Below are positions 14,822 through 28,623 of a stretch of DNA of 64,000 nt, in pieces. The stretch lies in NCBI GenBank assembly GCA_951406725.2, contig OX597834.1, positions 19,964,001-20,028,000 of the forward strand, given 5' to 3'. Numbering within the stretch: the stretch's first letter is position 1; every line of letters begins with the position of its first letter. The notes under the pieces are model-generated. The model did no database searches. It worked only from the letters and a program-made list of their open reading frames with translations, and had not been told where the DNA came from. Source of the DNA: Octopus vulgaris (Eukaryota). The position numbers were made by a program, and so were the translations under genes.

Positions 14822-15020
14822 TAATATTAATAATAATAATAATGATAATAATAATAATAATAATAATAATGGCTTCTAATCTAGGCTGAAGGCCAGCAGT
14901 TTTGAGGGGATGGGGTTAGCTGAAACTATTCCCCTCAGTATTTGACTAGTATAATATTTTAATAACTCCTACAAATAGAAAACCAAGGATGGCCTTGGTG
15001 GAATTTGAACTCAAAACACA
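14570..15020 (-). mobile_element. Two Nin/Deu-type SINE copies (another at ~15608-15726)
   Basis: Same diagnostic segments as 56358-56587. Confidence 0.72.
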
Positions 15021-15216
15021 AAGAACCATATTAATTAATAATAACAATAATAATAATAATGATGATAATAATGATAATAATAATAATAATGATAATGATA
15101 ATAATAATAAGATTGGAACCTGGTGCCACCCCCTGGCTTACCAGTTTTCCAGTCAAACCATCCAACCCATGCCAGCATGGAAAGTGGACGTTAAATGAAT
15201 AATAATAGTAATGATA

Positions 15217-15575
15217 ATAACAAGAGCTCAAATCTCCACCAAGGCAACACAAACGTCCTCTCAACGATTAGCCAGAGGTGTTTTTTAAAATGAGAATATC
15301 TGAAATAAACTCAACTGCTCTCACAAACGAGAATACTGAAAATGAACCTGACTGCTCTGAAAAACTAACTGGAAAAACAGGGAAAATAATCCAGAATCCT
15401 TGTCTGGTACTGGATCGATCATGAAATCTAATTAGGTTGTGCCGGTCATGACGCCAAACATCTCTGAAAGTTTCATCCAAATCCATCCAGTGGTTCTTGA
15501 GATATCTTGCCCATGGACAAACAAGCAAACAAACAAACATTATTGAAAACAATACCTCTGCCTAAGGCAGAGGTT
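15217..15575 (+). mobile_element. Helentron/Helitron-associated non-autonomous element
   Basis: aagtttcatccaaatccatccagtggttcttgagata, then (CAAA)n, then the terminal hairpin acctctgcc-taa-ggcagaggt, as in HINE-type elements. Confidence 0.6.
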
Positions 15576-17658
15576 GTAGTAGTAGTAGTAGTAGTAGTAG
15601 TAGTAATCCTTTCTACTGGAAGCAGAAGGCCTCAAATTTGGAGGAACGGATTAAGTCGATTATATCGACCCCAGTGCGCAACTGGTACTTATTTAATTAA
15701 CCCTGAAAGGATGAAAGGCAAAGTCATTTAATAAAGGTTGTAATAACAATGACTTCTTTTCATTGGGCACAAACCAGGAGGGCTCAAAAATGTGAGATCA
15801 GGGTCAAGATGAAATGCAAAAAACACCAAAAAAAAAACACAAGAGGTAGTGGGAAATAAAAGGCTGACAACAATGGCAACAAGAATAAAGATGAGACGCA
15901 TTGATAAAAGGATAACACTAAATAATCCTGCAATGGACTGGTGTCCCATCCAATGGGAGACAAATGCACCATGACAACTGAGAAAGTGGCCCTTTGGGTT
16001 TAGAGCATTCAGGAAGGTACAACTCATTCTTACCAGCTGAATGGACTGAAGCAATGTGAAATAAAGTGTCTTGCTCAAGGACAGCTCCTATCAAACTGTC
16101 CAGCGCATGCTAGCATTGGAAATGGACGTTAAATGATTATGATGATGGTGAACTAGTAATAACAATATAAAACAATATGACAATGATAGATACCCAAAAT
16201 ATAACAGAGTGCTAGTGGTAGCTGTGGAGGTAACCATATAGTGTGACTCAGGGTACCTTACATATAACCGTTGGGTACCTTGACATGGACACAGTGCCTA
16301 GGGACAACTCACAGTACTGTATAATACACTGGTTATACACTCATATGGGTCCATTTAACCATACCAACTTTATCTCAGATACCTCACCAAACTTTCTAAA
16401 ATTTACTCAAACACTGCAATCCACTTCCTTTCTGCGCTTATATTCCACTCCAAGGGGTACTTGAAGAAGTTGATGAGGACTCAGTTTGAAATGGAGGGAG
16501 GAGAAGAAGGGGGAGAAAAAAAAAAACGATCTCTTCCTTAAACATTTGCAATTGTGTTTCTTCCCCTCACAGCTTCATTCATCACAAACACCAGTCACAG
16601 GATGGCAACCTGTTCTTCTTCCTTGCCAACGGAAGACGTGGGTCGATATTCTCGATAGACTCGCTTAATAGCCAGATCCGTCCTGCACGTGATAACAGCT
16701 GTTTGACATTAACTTACAAATCAGTAATGCACAGACACCAAACGACTGTGTACCGGTCGATTACATCATCCCACGTGCTTCTCTCAGACTGATTCAGTCA
16801 CTGTTGGTTCCAACACTCTCATGCTTCTGAAGGAATTTATTCCAAACAGTCAAAGCGTCCACTTCTTATTGCGCAGTTTTGGTTAAGGACTTTTGGAAAC
16901 TGTCTAGATTCTTTTTTTATTTATATTTTCAAAAGTTTTTGTTTACCATGGTAATAAGGTATTAAATTTGAAATGGGAGTGATGTGGCCACCAAGCTTAC
17001 TAATTCCACTTAAGATATTTGGGACTTTATTTTGTAGGCCTTGGAAATATGAAAGCACGAAGGGGACTCGGACATAATTCAAATTAATAGTGATGATGAG
17101 GATGATGATGATGATGATGTTGAGGATGATGATGATGATGATGATGATGATGTTGAGGATGGGTTATGTGTGTGTGTGTACATGTGTGTGTTTATACATA
17201 TGTGTGTGTTTGTGTTGTGTACATATATGTACATGCATATCTACCTATCTTTCTATCTACCCATCTGTCTGTCTGTCCTTCTATGTATGTATTTGTTTAT
17301 CTGCCTATCTATCTACCCATATATCTATCTATTTATCAATCTCTCTCTCTCTTTATCTCTCTCAGTATACACACACACACAAACAGACACACACACACTC
17401 ATAAGAATATGTCTTGTATGTACATGTGTGTGTGTGTGCTACTCATGACATAAGGAGTGGAATTTTATGAATGCCTGTTTAACTCTTGCTTCTCCTCCCA
17501 CAAGGTGTGACAATGACTGCTTCTTTAAGAAAACTTGTACTTTATTCTCTCCATCCTTCATTATATTATTCTGCCACTTTCTATACATATATATTTCTCC
17601 CTAACTACCTATCTCTCTCTTTCTCTCTCCTTCTGTACACACACACACACACACACAC

Positions 17659-17699
<41 letters not shown>

Positions 17700-17971
17700 T
17701 ATATATGTATATATATGTAATGTCTGTCTTCATGTGTATAATTATTTTATATTATATGTGTATATTTTGTATATGGTATATATATCATATTATATTTCTA
17801 TATATGCCATGTACCTTTCTGTTAAGTGTGAAAACCACAACAATTACATCATAGGGTCATGAGAACTCTTTGAAAGACACACACACATACACATGCAAGC
17901 ACACATGTACATACATACATACATACATGCATACATACATACATACATACATACATACATACATACATACA

Positions 17972-18007
<36 letters not shown>

Positions 18008-18018
18008 TATATATACTG

Positions 18019-18420
18019 GTACAGGCATGGTCATGTGGTAAGAAGTTTGCTTACCAGCCACATGGTTACTGGTTCAGTCCCTCTGATATAGCTTCAGGCT
18101 GATATCAATGCCTTATAAATGCATTTGGTTGAAGGAAACTGAAAGAAGCCCGTCATATATATATATTAATTATGTGTGTGTGTGTATGCGTGTGTTTATG
18201 TCTGTGCCTGTGTTTGTTTCCTCCCCCTCACCACCACCACTTAACAACCGTTGTTGGTGTGTTTACGACCCTGTGACTTAGCAGTGCAGCAATAGAGACC
18301 GATAGTATAAGTACCAGGCATAAAAGAAAAATAAGTGCTGGGGTTGATTCATTTCACTAAAAGTTCTTCAACGTGGTGCCCCAGCTTGGCCACAGTCTTA
18401 TGACTAAAGCAAATAACATA
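18019..18420 (+). mobile_element. CORE-type SINE, diverged copy
   Basis: Homology to 52882-53300, with an internal deletion. Confidence 0.8.
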
Positions 18421-19357
18421 CAAACGATAACATTGTTACATGCTTGATACAGAGTATTGAAAACTGATCTCACACAACATAAATCTTACTTTTAAACGAG
18501 CAAATAATTTCAGACAAGGAAGTCTCTATGTGGTCACTCATTCTGCTAGAAATAACAGTTACATCTCTCTCTCAATCTACCCTCATCCCACCCCTTATGT
18601 TTAAAAAAATATAGTGATCCTTAATATCATGTGTGGAATTAAATAATTCCTATGAGAATAAGCAGGATGGTCATGACTGGAATACTTTGGAATTTCTGGA
18701 TTATAAATCCAGTCAAAGCTGGCCTGGTGTTAAACAACAACATGTGTGTGTGTGTGTTGATTTCACATGTGGCAGCAAGTGTTTATACATAGATATGTAG
18801 CAATTTGTAATAAACTCGATAAAATATTTCCATATTGTTTGTGAGAGAGAGAGAGTGTGTGTGTGTGTGTGTGCGCATGAAAGTCTGGGTATGTTCGTGT
18901 AATGATGCACGCATATGTGTGTGTATGTGTGAAAGTATCTTCTTCGAATAATGTGTGTGAGTGCATGTTTAGTGAGCATTTGTATGTATGTACATGTAAT
19001 AATGTGTGTGTGTGTGTGTGTGTGTGAAATTGCATAGGTTTTTAAAAGCTATAAATGAATGTTTGTGTGGATATGTAGGTGTGTTCATGTGACGGTGTGT
19101 GTATGCATGTGTCATATATCACGTGTGTATGTGCATAGGTATGTAAATGTAATCACGTGTGTATGTATAGATATATAGGGACACTCATATAATCACATGT
19201 GTGTGTGTGTGTTTGCGTGTGTAAGAAATGGCATAGGGTTTTTCAAGCCTTCATGAATGTGCATAGATGTATAAACATGTTCCTGTAATGATGTGTGTAT
19301 GTGTGTATCGTATAATCTCGTATGCGTGTATAGGTGTGTATATGTAATTACATGTGT

Positions 19358-19461
<104 letters not shown>

Positions 19462-19852
19462 GGTCATATAATCGCATGTGTATGTGTGTAATCAGATGGA
19501 TATGTGTGTTTGCCTCTATCTGGCCCAGTCAGTGGAGGTTATATAGACATGGACTTTTACATCATCTTGGCTTGAAACTATGTCTATCTTTCTATCTATC
19601 TATCTGTCTATGTATCTATCAGTCTTTCTATCTATGTCTCTATTACTCTTTCTATCAATCCCTATATACATATATATTATATATATATATCTATATATAT
19701 ATATATATATCATGTGTCTGCATGTGAGTGTATGTCTGTCTATCTGTCCATCTATCTAACTATATAAGTCTGCCTGTGTCTGTCTGTTCATCTGTTTGTA
19801 TCCGTCCATTGGACTCTCTGACCGTTCGTCTATTATTCTTTCTATCTATCTA

Positions 19853-19890
<38 letters not shown>

Positions 19891-20698
19891 CATCTTTCTA
19901 TCTCTCTATCTATCTATCTCACTCTCTATCTATTTATCTATCTAGCCATCCTTCCATCCATCCGTTCATCTATAATCTATCTGTGTGTGTATCACATACA
20001 CTCATGTGTATGTCATATACATTATATGCTTACATTTTCCTGAACCATACACATGCATGCACTAAACTCATACACATATACACACACATATTAACCTATA
20101 CACACACACACACTGCATACATGCACTTATATGATAACTTCATTTTATATACAATCCATAAAAGTTAATTTCATTCGACCAAAATTCTCCTCCACTTCAT
20201 CTTCCCTGCCATGTGGTAGGCTCTTTTATAAACTTATTTGAATATTCAACCAATTTCATAGCTACTAACCGTATTTACTTGAGATTTTCATCTACCAATA
20301 ATAGTAATACTTAAAATTCTAGATAACTGCATGGATGGAATTTTGAATAAATAGGGAAGCTTAATATGTGTATGAATGTGCATACATGAAGGCAAACACG
20401 TATTTATGTGTATTTGCATGTGTGTGTGTGTATGTGAATGTATATACATATATGCGTGTACTATATATGCACATATGTGATTAAACAGACAGACAGATAG
20501 ATAGATAGATAAGTTTCTTTATTGGCCACACAGGGCTGCACACAGATGGGACAAATTACAAGGTAGAGCTTTTCTTTTGTGGCATAGTTTTCAATCAAAA
20601 GGGATCGTAAAAGGAAAGAAAGAAAAAAAGGGAAAGAAACAAAAGAAAAGAAAAATGAAAAAAGAAGAAAAAAGGAAAAAAAGGAGGAGAGGAAAAAA

Positions 20699-20729
<31 letters not shown>

Positions 20730-21389
20730 TATAGATATAGCTTTTAATAGATTGTCCAGTGAGGGCTACAAACCGAAACTTCAAAATTACCACCACCCCC
20801 TTTTCTGTTAAAAAGTGCATTGTATATGCCTCTGTATCGGCATGCATATAATAATCTGGAAAATATTAGGTTTCAGCACTAATCTCTTGTTACAAATTTA
20901 CTGACCTTCATTAGTGGTGCATTGTAGAAATTCTTACCATTCTGTGCAATGTGTATCAATCGTAGCATTAATTTGGATCTATATATGTTGTGGTATTGAT
21001 CATAACTTGGTCTCGGTGCATGTTCGAAAATAGAAAATTTTGATGCCAAGTTTTGATAACAATCTTAATGTTCCAAAAATGAACTATGGTTTTTGGGAAT
21101 TCTCAAAGATATTTACATAAATACATACATGCATACACACACACACACTCACACACACACACACAAACACACCCACACACACACCCACACACACATACAC
21201 ACATACAAACTTATATGTACATATATACATGCAGATATATATAAACATTTAAATATGCATATGTGCTTGTGTGTATACATATATATATGCATATATACAT
21301 ACATGCATACATACATACATAAATATAAACTTCCATGCGTATATGTTTGTGTTTGTATACTTACATGTATATATGTATGTATATATGTT

Positions 21390-21424
<35 letters not shown>

Positions 21425-21528
21425 ATATGCATACATACAAGATTAAAAGGCTGAAACAATGCAACATGATTGGAATACAGAAGTAAAAACAGAACAACAG
21501 TAGTTTATGCGTACCCTTTATTTCTTCA

Positions 21529-21850
21529 GTGAAGGCACATGGTTAAATGGTTAGAGCACTTGGCTCACGATCATACATTTGTGTGCTCAATACCTGGAGG
21601 TGTACTGTATCCCTGAACAAAACAGTTATTTCACATTGGCCCAGTCCACTCAGCTGACAGAAATAAGTCGTTACTGTAATTCAGAGAGCCAGCCCTTTCA
21701 CATTTTGTCATGCTGAATCTCCCTGACAGCTACATTAAGGGTACGTGTGACTGGGGAGTGCTCTGCCACCCACATGTTAATTTCACAAGCTGGGTTTTCC
21801 AGTGATTGAACGAACTGGAACCTTTGCCATTGTGACTGATGGAGTCCAGA
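21529..21850 (+). mobile_element. tRNA-derived SINE with 10-bp TSD
   Basis: Head gtgaaggcacatggttaaatggttagagc; TSD tatttcttca at 21519-21528 and 21851-21860. Related pieces lie at ~27130-27430 (-), 39314-39385 and 56695-56850. Confidence 0.8.
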
Positions 21851-21874
21851 TATTTCTTCAATATTTCAAAGTTA

Positions 21875-22411
21875 GAAGGTGGCAGCCTGGCAGAATCATT
21901 AGCACACTGGGAAAAATGCTTAGCAGTATTTCATCTGTCTTTACATTCTGAGTTCAAATATCGTTGAGGTCAACTTTGCCTTTCATACTTTCGGAGTCAA
22001 TAAATTAAGTACAAGTTGCATACTGGCGTCGATCTAATTGACTGGCCCCCTCCCCCAAAATTTTGGGCCTTGTGCTTAGAGTTTTCTTTTCGCCCTTTTC
22101 AAGCCTAGCCAGGCTCATGGGCCCAGTTTCCCGGTTTCTGCGGCATATGTGTTCCTCCCAGCTGGACGGGATGCCAGTCCATCGCAGCATAACTCAAGAA
22201 ACAGGAACAAAGAGTGAGAGAAAGTTGGGGTGAAAGAGTACAACAGGGGTTGTCACCACCTCCTGCCGGAGCCATGTGGAGCTTTAGGTGTTTTTGCTCA
22301 ATAAACACACACAATGCCTGGTCTGGGAATCAAAACTGCAATCTTACGACCACGAGTCCGCTGCCCTAACCACTGAACCATTGCGCCTCCACTGTGCTTA
22401 GAATAGAAAAG
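21875..22411 (+). mobile_element. Nin/Deu-type SINE with 15-bp TSD, interrupted by a younger SINE
   Basis: TSD aatatttcaaagtta at 21860-21874 and 22412-22426. Confidence 0.85.
22081..22392 (-). mobile_element. tRNA-derived SINE with V-domain-like segment, 10-bp TSD
   Basis: Head gtggaggcgcaatggttcagtggttagggcagcggactc, segment gctgcgatggactggcatcccgtccag, and TSD tgtgcttaga at 22071-22080 and 22393-22402. Confidence 0.85.
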
Positions 22412-23513
22412 AATATTTCAAAGTTAAAGTTCTTCAATTTTTCAGAGTTTCCTCAGGTCACCTGGAGAAATGGGAGATGATGCGTAGCTGTTATCTCTTC
22501 TTCAATATTTCTTCAGTGAACTGGAACCCTCGTCATTCTGGTTGATGGAGTCCAGTTATTTCTTCAATATCAGAACTTTTCATCAGGTCACTTGAAAAAA
22601 TGGAAGACGATATGTTGCTGTTATCTTTTTTTCACCTGAGTTAGAAGATGGAGTATAGGCGTCTGAGAATCACTGCTCCTGGAGAAAAGAGAGATCTTAC
22701 AATGATAACGGCTGAAGTCAAAGAGTGCCAAGTACTCTTCTTTTGCATTCATTCTGCAATAAAATAAACATTATAAGTGAAAAGGAAAAAATCATTTTCT
22801 AATATTGTCCATCAGAAAATCAGTGATATTTAAGAGCGAAGTCTTCATTCCAACACATGAATGATTTCAGCTGAGAAAAATATTATTGATCAGTTTTTGT
22901 GATTATTCAAATATCAGCAGAAATGGTGAACCAATGTCAATGTGACCACAAGCATCAAAACAGTGGCATTGCAAACAAGGCTGATGAAGGGTTCAGAAAG
23001 AAAAGATCCTGTCTCGTTAAGCTTGATGGGAGTCAATCCTTTTTAAGGAACAATGGGTGAACCAAGATAAATATGAATGCGGCTGTTGTTGTTTAGCCCG
23101 TGGTCAACTGTGACAGAACAGACATGCAATCAAAAGCATTCCACCTCTGACCATTCCCTCCTTCTTGCAGGCATTGTACATCAAGAGGTACATTGGCCAA
23201 TGTATCCTTACCCTTTTTTAAGATAGTCAGTAATTGGAAATAGGTTTTCCAACTATTTCTAGCTGATTGAATGGCCATGTAGGGGCTCTGCCAGTGACTT
23301 GTAGTAAGTACAGTAATAGTAGTAGTTGTTGTTGTTGTTGTTGTTGTAGTTGTAGTAGTATATGTTGTTGTAGTAATAGTAGTAGTAGTAGTAGTAGTAG
23401 TAGTGGACTTGGTAGTTTTGGTTACTGTTGTAGTTGTGTTATATGTAAGCTGAGGAAATGGGGGTGCTTGTAACATATGCAGGTGTGTTAGTGTACATGT
23501 GTGTATGTATATG

Positions 23514-23544
<31 letters not shown>

Positions 23545-23626
23545 TCACACATTTATTTTTACATGCACTTATGTATACATTTATATATATATATGTATGT
23601 GTGTGTGCATATGTATGTGTGTGTGC

Positions 23627-23668
<42 letters not shown>

Positions 23669-23958
23669 ATATATATGCAGAACTTAAAAGATTTTCCAGA
23701 ATTAATTATTTTGAAATCAATTTTTGCCACCACCTTTCATGTGATATTTACTTTCATGCGTCAAATTGAATTTTTAAAACCTCAATTCACATCACAGCAG
23801 ATCAAATGTTGACATTGCTAACTAAGAAATGTTTAGATTGTCATGTTTCTCAGTCAACATCTATATTCCATTTCCAATTCTACAAGCCATTACCCAAACA
23901 CCATGCATTTCCAAACAACTGCCTATAATAAATATGATTCTTCAAAGTTGGCATGCTG

Positions 23959-24447
23959 TTAACCCTTTCGTTACCATATTTCTTTTGAGACGTTCTGTGT
24001 TTCTTTCAGTTAATTTTAAATATAACAAAGAATTTAGTAAAATAACTTGGTTATTATCATTAAGCTAGTGTTAGGAACATAAATTGTGACTAAGGTTTGG
24101 TGGAAGATTTTAATTCAGAACTTTTGAAAACAAGACATTTGTACTACAGGGCCATAGTTGGTTTCAAACAGGTTGGTATTAAAATCATTAAGAATTGTTT
24201 CTCTATTATATATTTTAACTCTTTTGTTTCCGTATTTCTGTTGAGATTTTCTGGGTTTCTTTCAGTTAATTTGAAATATAACAAAGAATTTAGTAAAATA
24301 ACTTAGTTATTATCATTCAGCTAGTGTTAGGAACATAAATTGTGACTAAGGTTTGGTGAAAGATTTTAATTCAGAACTTTTGCAAACAAGACATTTGTAC
24401 TACAGGGCCATAGTTGGTTTCAGCTGGATTGGTACCAAAAGGGTTAA
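23959..24447. mobile_element. Tandem dimer of a ~233-bp piggyBac-type MITE
   Basis: TTAA-ccctttcgttacc at the left end and ggtaccaaaaggg-TTAA at the right end, with two near-identical units at 23959-24191 and 24215-24447. Confidence 0.82.
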
Positions 24448-25893
24448 GGAAAAGGGTAGGTTTTTTATCAGGAGATAAGAGGACAGTTGCTGACACATGT
24501 TTCTGGTATACTAGTGGTCATGATTCTTGAGGTTATTTCCCCTTTTCCAATCAAGCTGGTCTTTATTGCCATTTGATAATTATGTTATATCATCTGGAGG
24601 CAGAGAAAATTTTAAAAGAATCGAGAATTTATGTTGTATGGTATTTGATGTACTTGTATTAGTCTATGTTCATATACATATCACTGGCCACTCCAGTTTA
24701 TTTCTCTTGGCTTTGTTTTCATTTAACTTATGCAAATCCCAAGGCCATAAATATATTATACTCTATTTGTATACGTCTATGCCCCATGGCTACTGGAAAC
24801 AGGACAACTGTCATGCTGATGATGCCTATTGGGGCTATTCTCTTATCTCCAGACAATATGCCTGTCCTTTTCAATGGCACATCAACATTGGCAACTCTTG
24901 ATTCTTGGGATTATCTCACCTTCTCATAAGGGGCTGTTCTCAATTGCCATTTAGTGATTGTGACACATCCTCCAGATGTCGAGATAATTTTAATAAACCA
25001 TCAATTTATGTTGTATGGTATTTGATGTACCTGTATTAATCCACGTCCGTGTACATGCCATTGGTCATTTTTAGTTATTTCTCTTGGCTTATTTTTGCTT
25101 AAACCATATCAATGATGAGCTGCCATATGTTGTTTCACATAGTCGTACATCAGACTTATATATCAGGCATGCATGTTGTTGTGTGGTTAAGAAACTTGCT
25201 TTCCAACCATGTGGTTTGGGGTTCAGTCCCACAGTGTGGCACCTTGAGTAACTTTTTTTTTCACTACACCTCTGGGTTGACCAAAGCCTTGTGAGAGGAT
25301 TTGGTAACATGAAACTGAAAGAAGCCCTTGTGTGTGTAACCTTGACTTAACATCATGTGATGCTTGCAAATGGGCATCATCATCATCGTCATCATACACA
25401 TAATGTGGTTTGTTTCCTGTTTTCCATGTAAAACATGTCTGACCATGCAGCAATATTATCTTACTTAGGAATACATGAGGGTTGGAAACAGGAAGGATAT
25501 CCAGTCAGGAAAAAAAATCTACCTTGGTGAATTCCATCCGACCCATACAAACATGGAAAAATGGATGTTAAAAGGATGAAGATGATGAAAAACAATGATG
25601 ATGACAAATCATCTGCTACTAGAAAAATACCCCAGAAACATTTGAAATGTTATGAACCAATAATCGATAGTCATCAGGGTTAAAATTGCAGTTAACCTTG
25701 CACCCTCACTCCGTCATCAAATGATTATGAATTGTAATTAGTCTTTGCTGAACATAAATAGTAAATTGTTTATTGATAGTATCTAAATTACATTACTATT
25801 GTTGGTGTGATGGGGGATAGGTGGGGGTCACATTTTATTACTGCAAAAGAGCTGAAGAACAATTTGAATAATGAATTCCTAGATTGTGTAGGG

Positions 25894-26405
25894 TTTAGGG
25901 TCTCATAATCTGAAAGGACCTCAAAAAGTTTTTCACTGTGTCAGGGTATTTATTTAGGGATAAGCTAAATAAATGACAATTTAGGGTCTCAAAATTTGAA
26001 GCAACCTCAAATAAACCTAGACTTGTTGGATTTAGGGATTAGTTGGGTAAGTTACTATTTAGGGTCTCACAATCTGAAGGGACTGTAAAAAGTCTAAGAC
26101 AGTGTCAGATTTAGGGATAAGCTAAACAAGTGACAACTTAGGATCTCAGAATTTGAAGCAACCTCAAATGCACTTAGACTTGTTGGATTTAGGAATAAAG
26201 TTAACAAGTTATAATTTAGGGTCTCACAATCAGAAGGGACCTCAAATAGACTTAAGCTGTGTCAGATTTATGGCTATGCAAAAGAAGCTACAATTTAGGA
26301 TGTCACAATCTGAAGGGACCTCAAATTTACCTAGACTGTGAGGGATTTATGAATAAGCTTAAACAAACTACAGTTTAGGGTCTTGCAATATGAAACCCCA
26401 AAATG
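25894..26405. repeat. ~79-bp minisatellite (about 6.5 units) with alternating unit types
   Basis: tttagggtctca recurs at about 25894, 25980, 26058, 26137, 26216, 26295 and 26373; an orphan unit lies at ~26770-26845. Confidence 0.85.
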
Positions 26406-27469
26406 TAATAGTATCAGGTCACTGAGTTTATTCTTCACATATCTAAATGAGATCTTTGATCTTGGAAGCAATGCTTTCTTTTGATTGAAATCTGATATGT
26501 ATTTTGATGGTCGTCTGTCTCTTCTCCATGCTTTAAAATTTAGCTTCCATTTTTTAATGCAAATATGTTTCTCTTGATTTGAAAGCTTTATCATTGGAAT
26601 CATTCAACAAAATTTCAAATTCTTACATTGTTTGTCCTTTCATATCTGTTTGTATGTGTGTGTGTGTGTTAAAGATCAGGGCAACTAAAAAAGAAAACAA
26701 AGCAAAAAAATAGACAAAATAGACAAAAAAGAAACAAAATAAACAAGGCAAAAAAAAAAACACAATAAAATAGACCTAGATAGACTGTGCCAGTTTTAGG
26801 GATAAACTTTTATTTAGGGACTCACAAACAGCAGGGATCTCAAAATGATTAAAAGGCATATATATTTTGCATTACAGTGAAATCCTCAAGTTAGCTTATT
26901 TCAGCAAGTGATCTTTTGGGTTGTATATAGCTTCAGGCCTCACCAAGTCTAATTCCAGAACTGGCCCTACATACACTGAGTTTGGGGTGGAAGAAAATAG
27001 AAATGGGATGGACCGGTCATACCTGGTGCACCTACGACTTTACTGTCTGCTTGATCAGCACCAATCTTTGGAAGATAGGCAGAACCAACAATATTTGCAA
27101 AACTAGTTCTTCATTGGTTATGATGATGAGGGTTTCAGTTTATTCAATCAATGGAGCAGCCTGCACATGGAATTAACATGCAAGTGGTTGAGCACACCAC
27201 AAGCACACGTGCCATTAACATAGTTTTCAGGGAGATTCAACATGACACAGGATATGACAAGGCTGGCCCTTTGAAATACAGGTACAACTCATTTTTGCCA
27301 GGTGACTGGATTGGAGCAATATGAAATAAGATGTCTTGCTCAAGGACACAATGCAACATAAAGAATTGAACTCACAACCCTTACAATTGTGATCTGAATA
27401 CCCTGACCACTAAGCCATGCACCTTCACTTAACAACCTCATAATACTAATGAAATAATTGTACACTGTG

Positions 27470-27695
27470 TTTAGGTGCACTACAACCACTCAGGTGTGCT
27501 ATGACTGCTCAGGTGTGCTACAGCTGCTCAAATGTGATACCACTGCTCAGGTGTGCTACAACTGCTCAGGTGTGCTACAACTGCTCAGGTGTGCTGCAAC
27601 TGCTCAGGTGTGCTGCAACTGCTCAGGTGCACTGCAACCGCTCAGGTGTGCTACGACTGCTCAGGTGTGCAATAACTCCTCAGGTGCACTACAGC
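27470..27695. repeat. 19-bp minisatellite (about 12 units), consensus ctgctcaggtgtgctacaa
   Basis: Direct tandem repetition; it explains ORFs 27458 and 27501. Confidence 0.92.
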
Positions 27696-28364
27696 AATTA
27701 CAACAGCAACAGTGACTAGCATATGTATTTTACTTCTCTTCTACTAAGCGCCATTTTCTTTCACATACAATGTTTACTTAAAGCTATTAACGTGGAATAA
27801 ATGCTTGAAGAAAAACTCTGACATTTTTCCAGGTAAACTTTTATTTATTGTTGTGCTTTTTGTTTTCTCGTTTATTTTATGATTTTGTATTGCAAAAGTC
27901 TCTTCAATATGTTTTATTGAATGAAATCATGCGATTGGATTTCCCCCTCCCCTCTCTGGTAGACATGTAAAAAACTTTTTCCAATGTTATTGATACAGCA
28001 TAACATTTCGTAATTATTCAAATCAATTTCACTTCAAACGAAATAATAACGAGGCTCAAAAATTGCAAAATTGTTTGTAAGTGTTTGGTATGGTGGGGGT
28101 GAAATCCTTCGAAGTTCTTAATTTGCAAGATGCTAATCATGTTGATTGATGTAATAACATTTTGTTTTTGCTTTTCCCTCATAGAAAAAGGTGAGGCAGA
28201 AAGAGATATATATCATGGTAGTGGTGAAGTTGGGGATGGGATAACGAGAATCACAACATTATTGATAAATCTATCTCAATATTAAATTCTAATCCATCTG
28301 CATATTGAATTGTATTCCACTGACCTTGAGTGTATGTATATATTATATATATATATATATATAT

Positions 28365-28573
28365 TCTTTTACTTGTTTCAGTCATTTGACTACGGCGATG
28401 CTGGAGCACCGCCTTTAGTCGAGCAAGTCGACCCCAGGACTTATTCTTTGTAAGCCCAGTACTTATTCTATCGGTCTCTTTTGCCGAACCGCTAAGTAAC
28501 GGGGACATAAACACACCAGCATCGGTTGTCAAGCAATGCTAGGGGGACAAACACAGACACACAAACACACACA

Positions 28574-28623
<50 letters not shown>

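Noticed and set aside
27458-27719. Repeat array resembling a CRISPR, with Cys-rich ORFs
   Set aside because: The 19-bp units are contiguous with no unique spacers, there are no cas genes, the context is eukaryotic, and the unit length is not a multiple of three.
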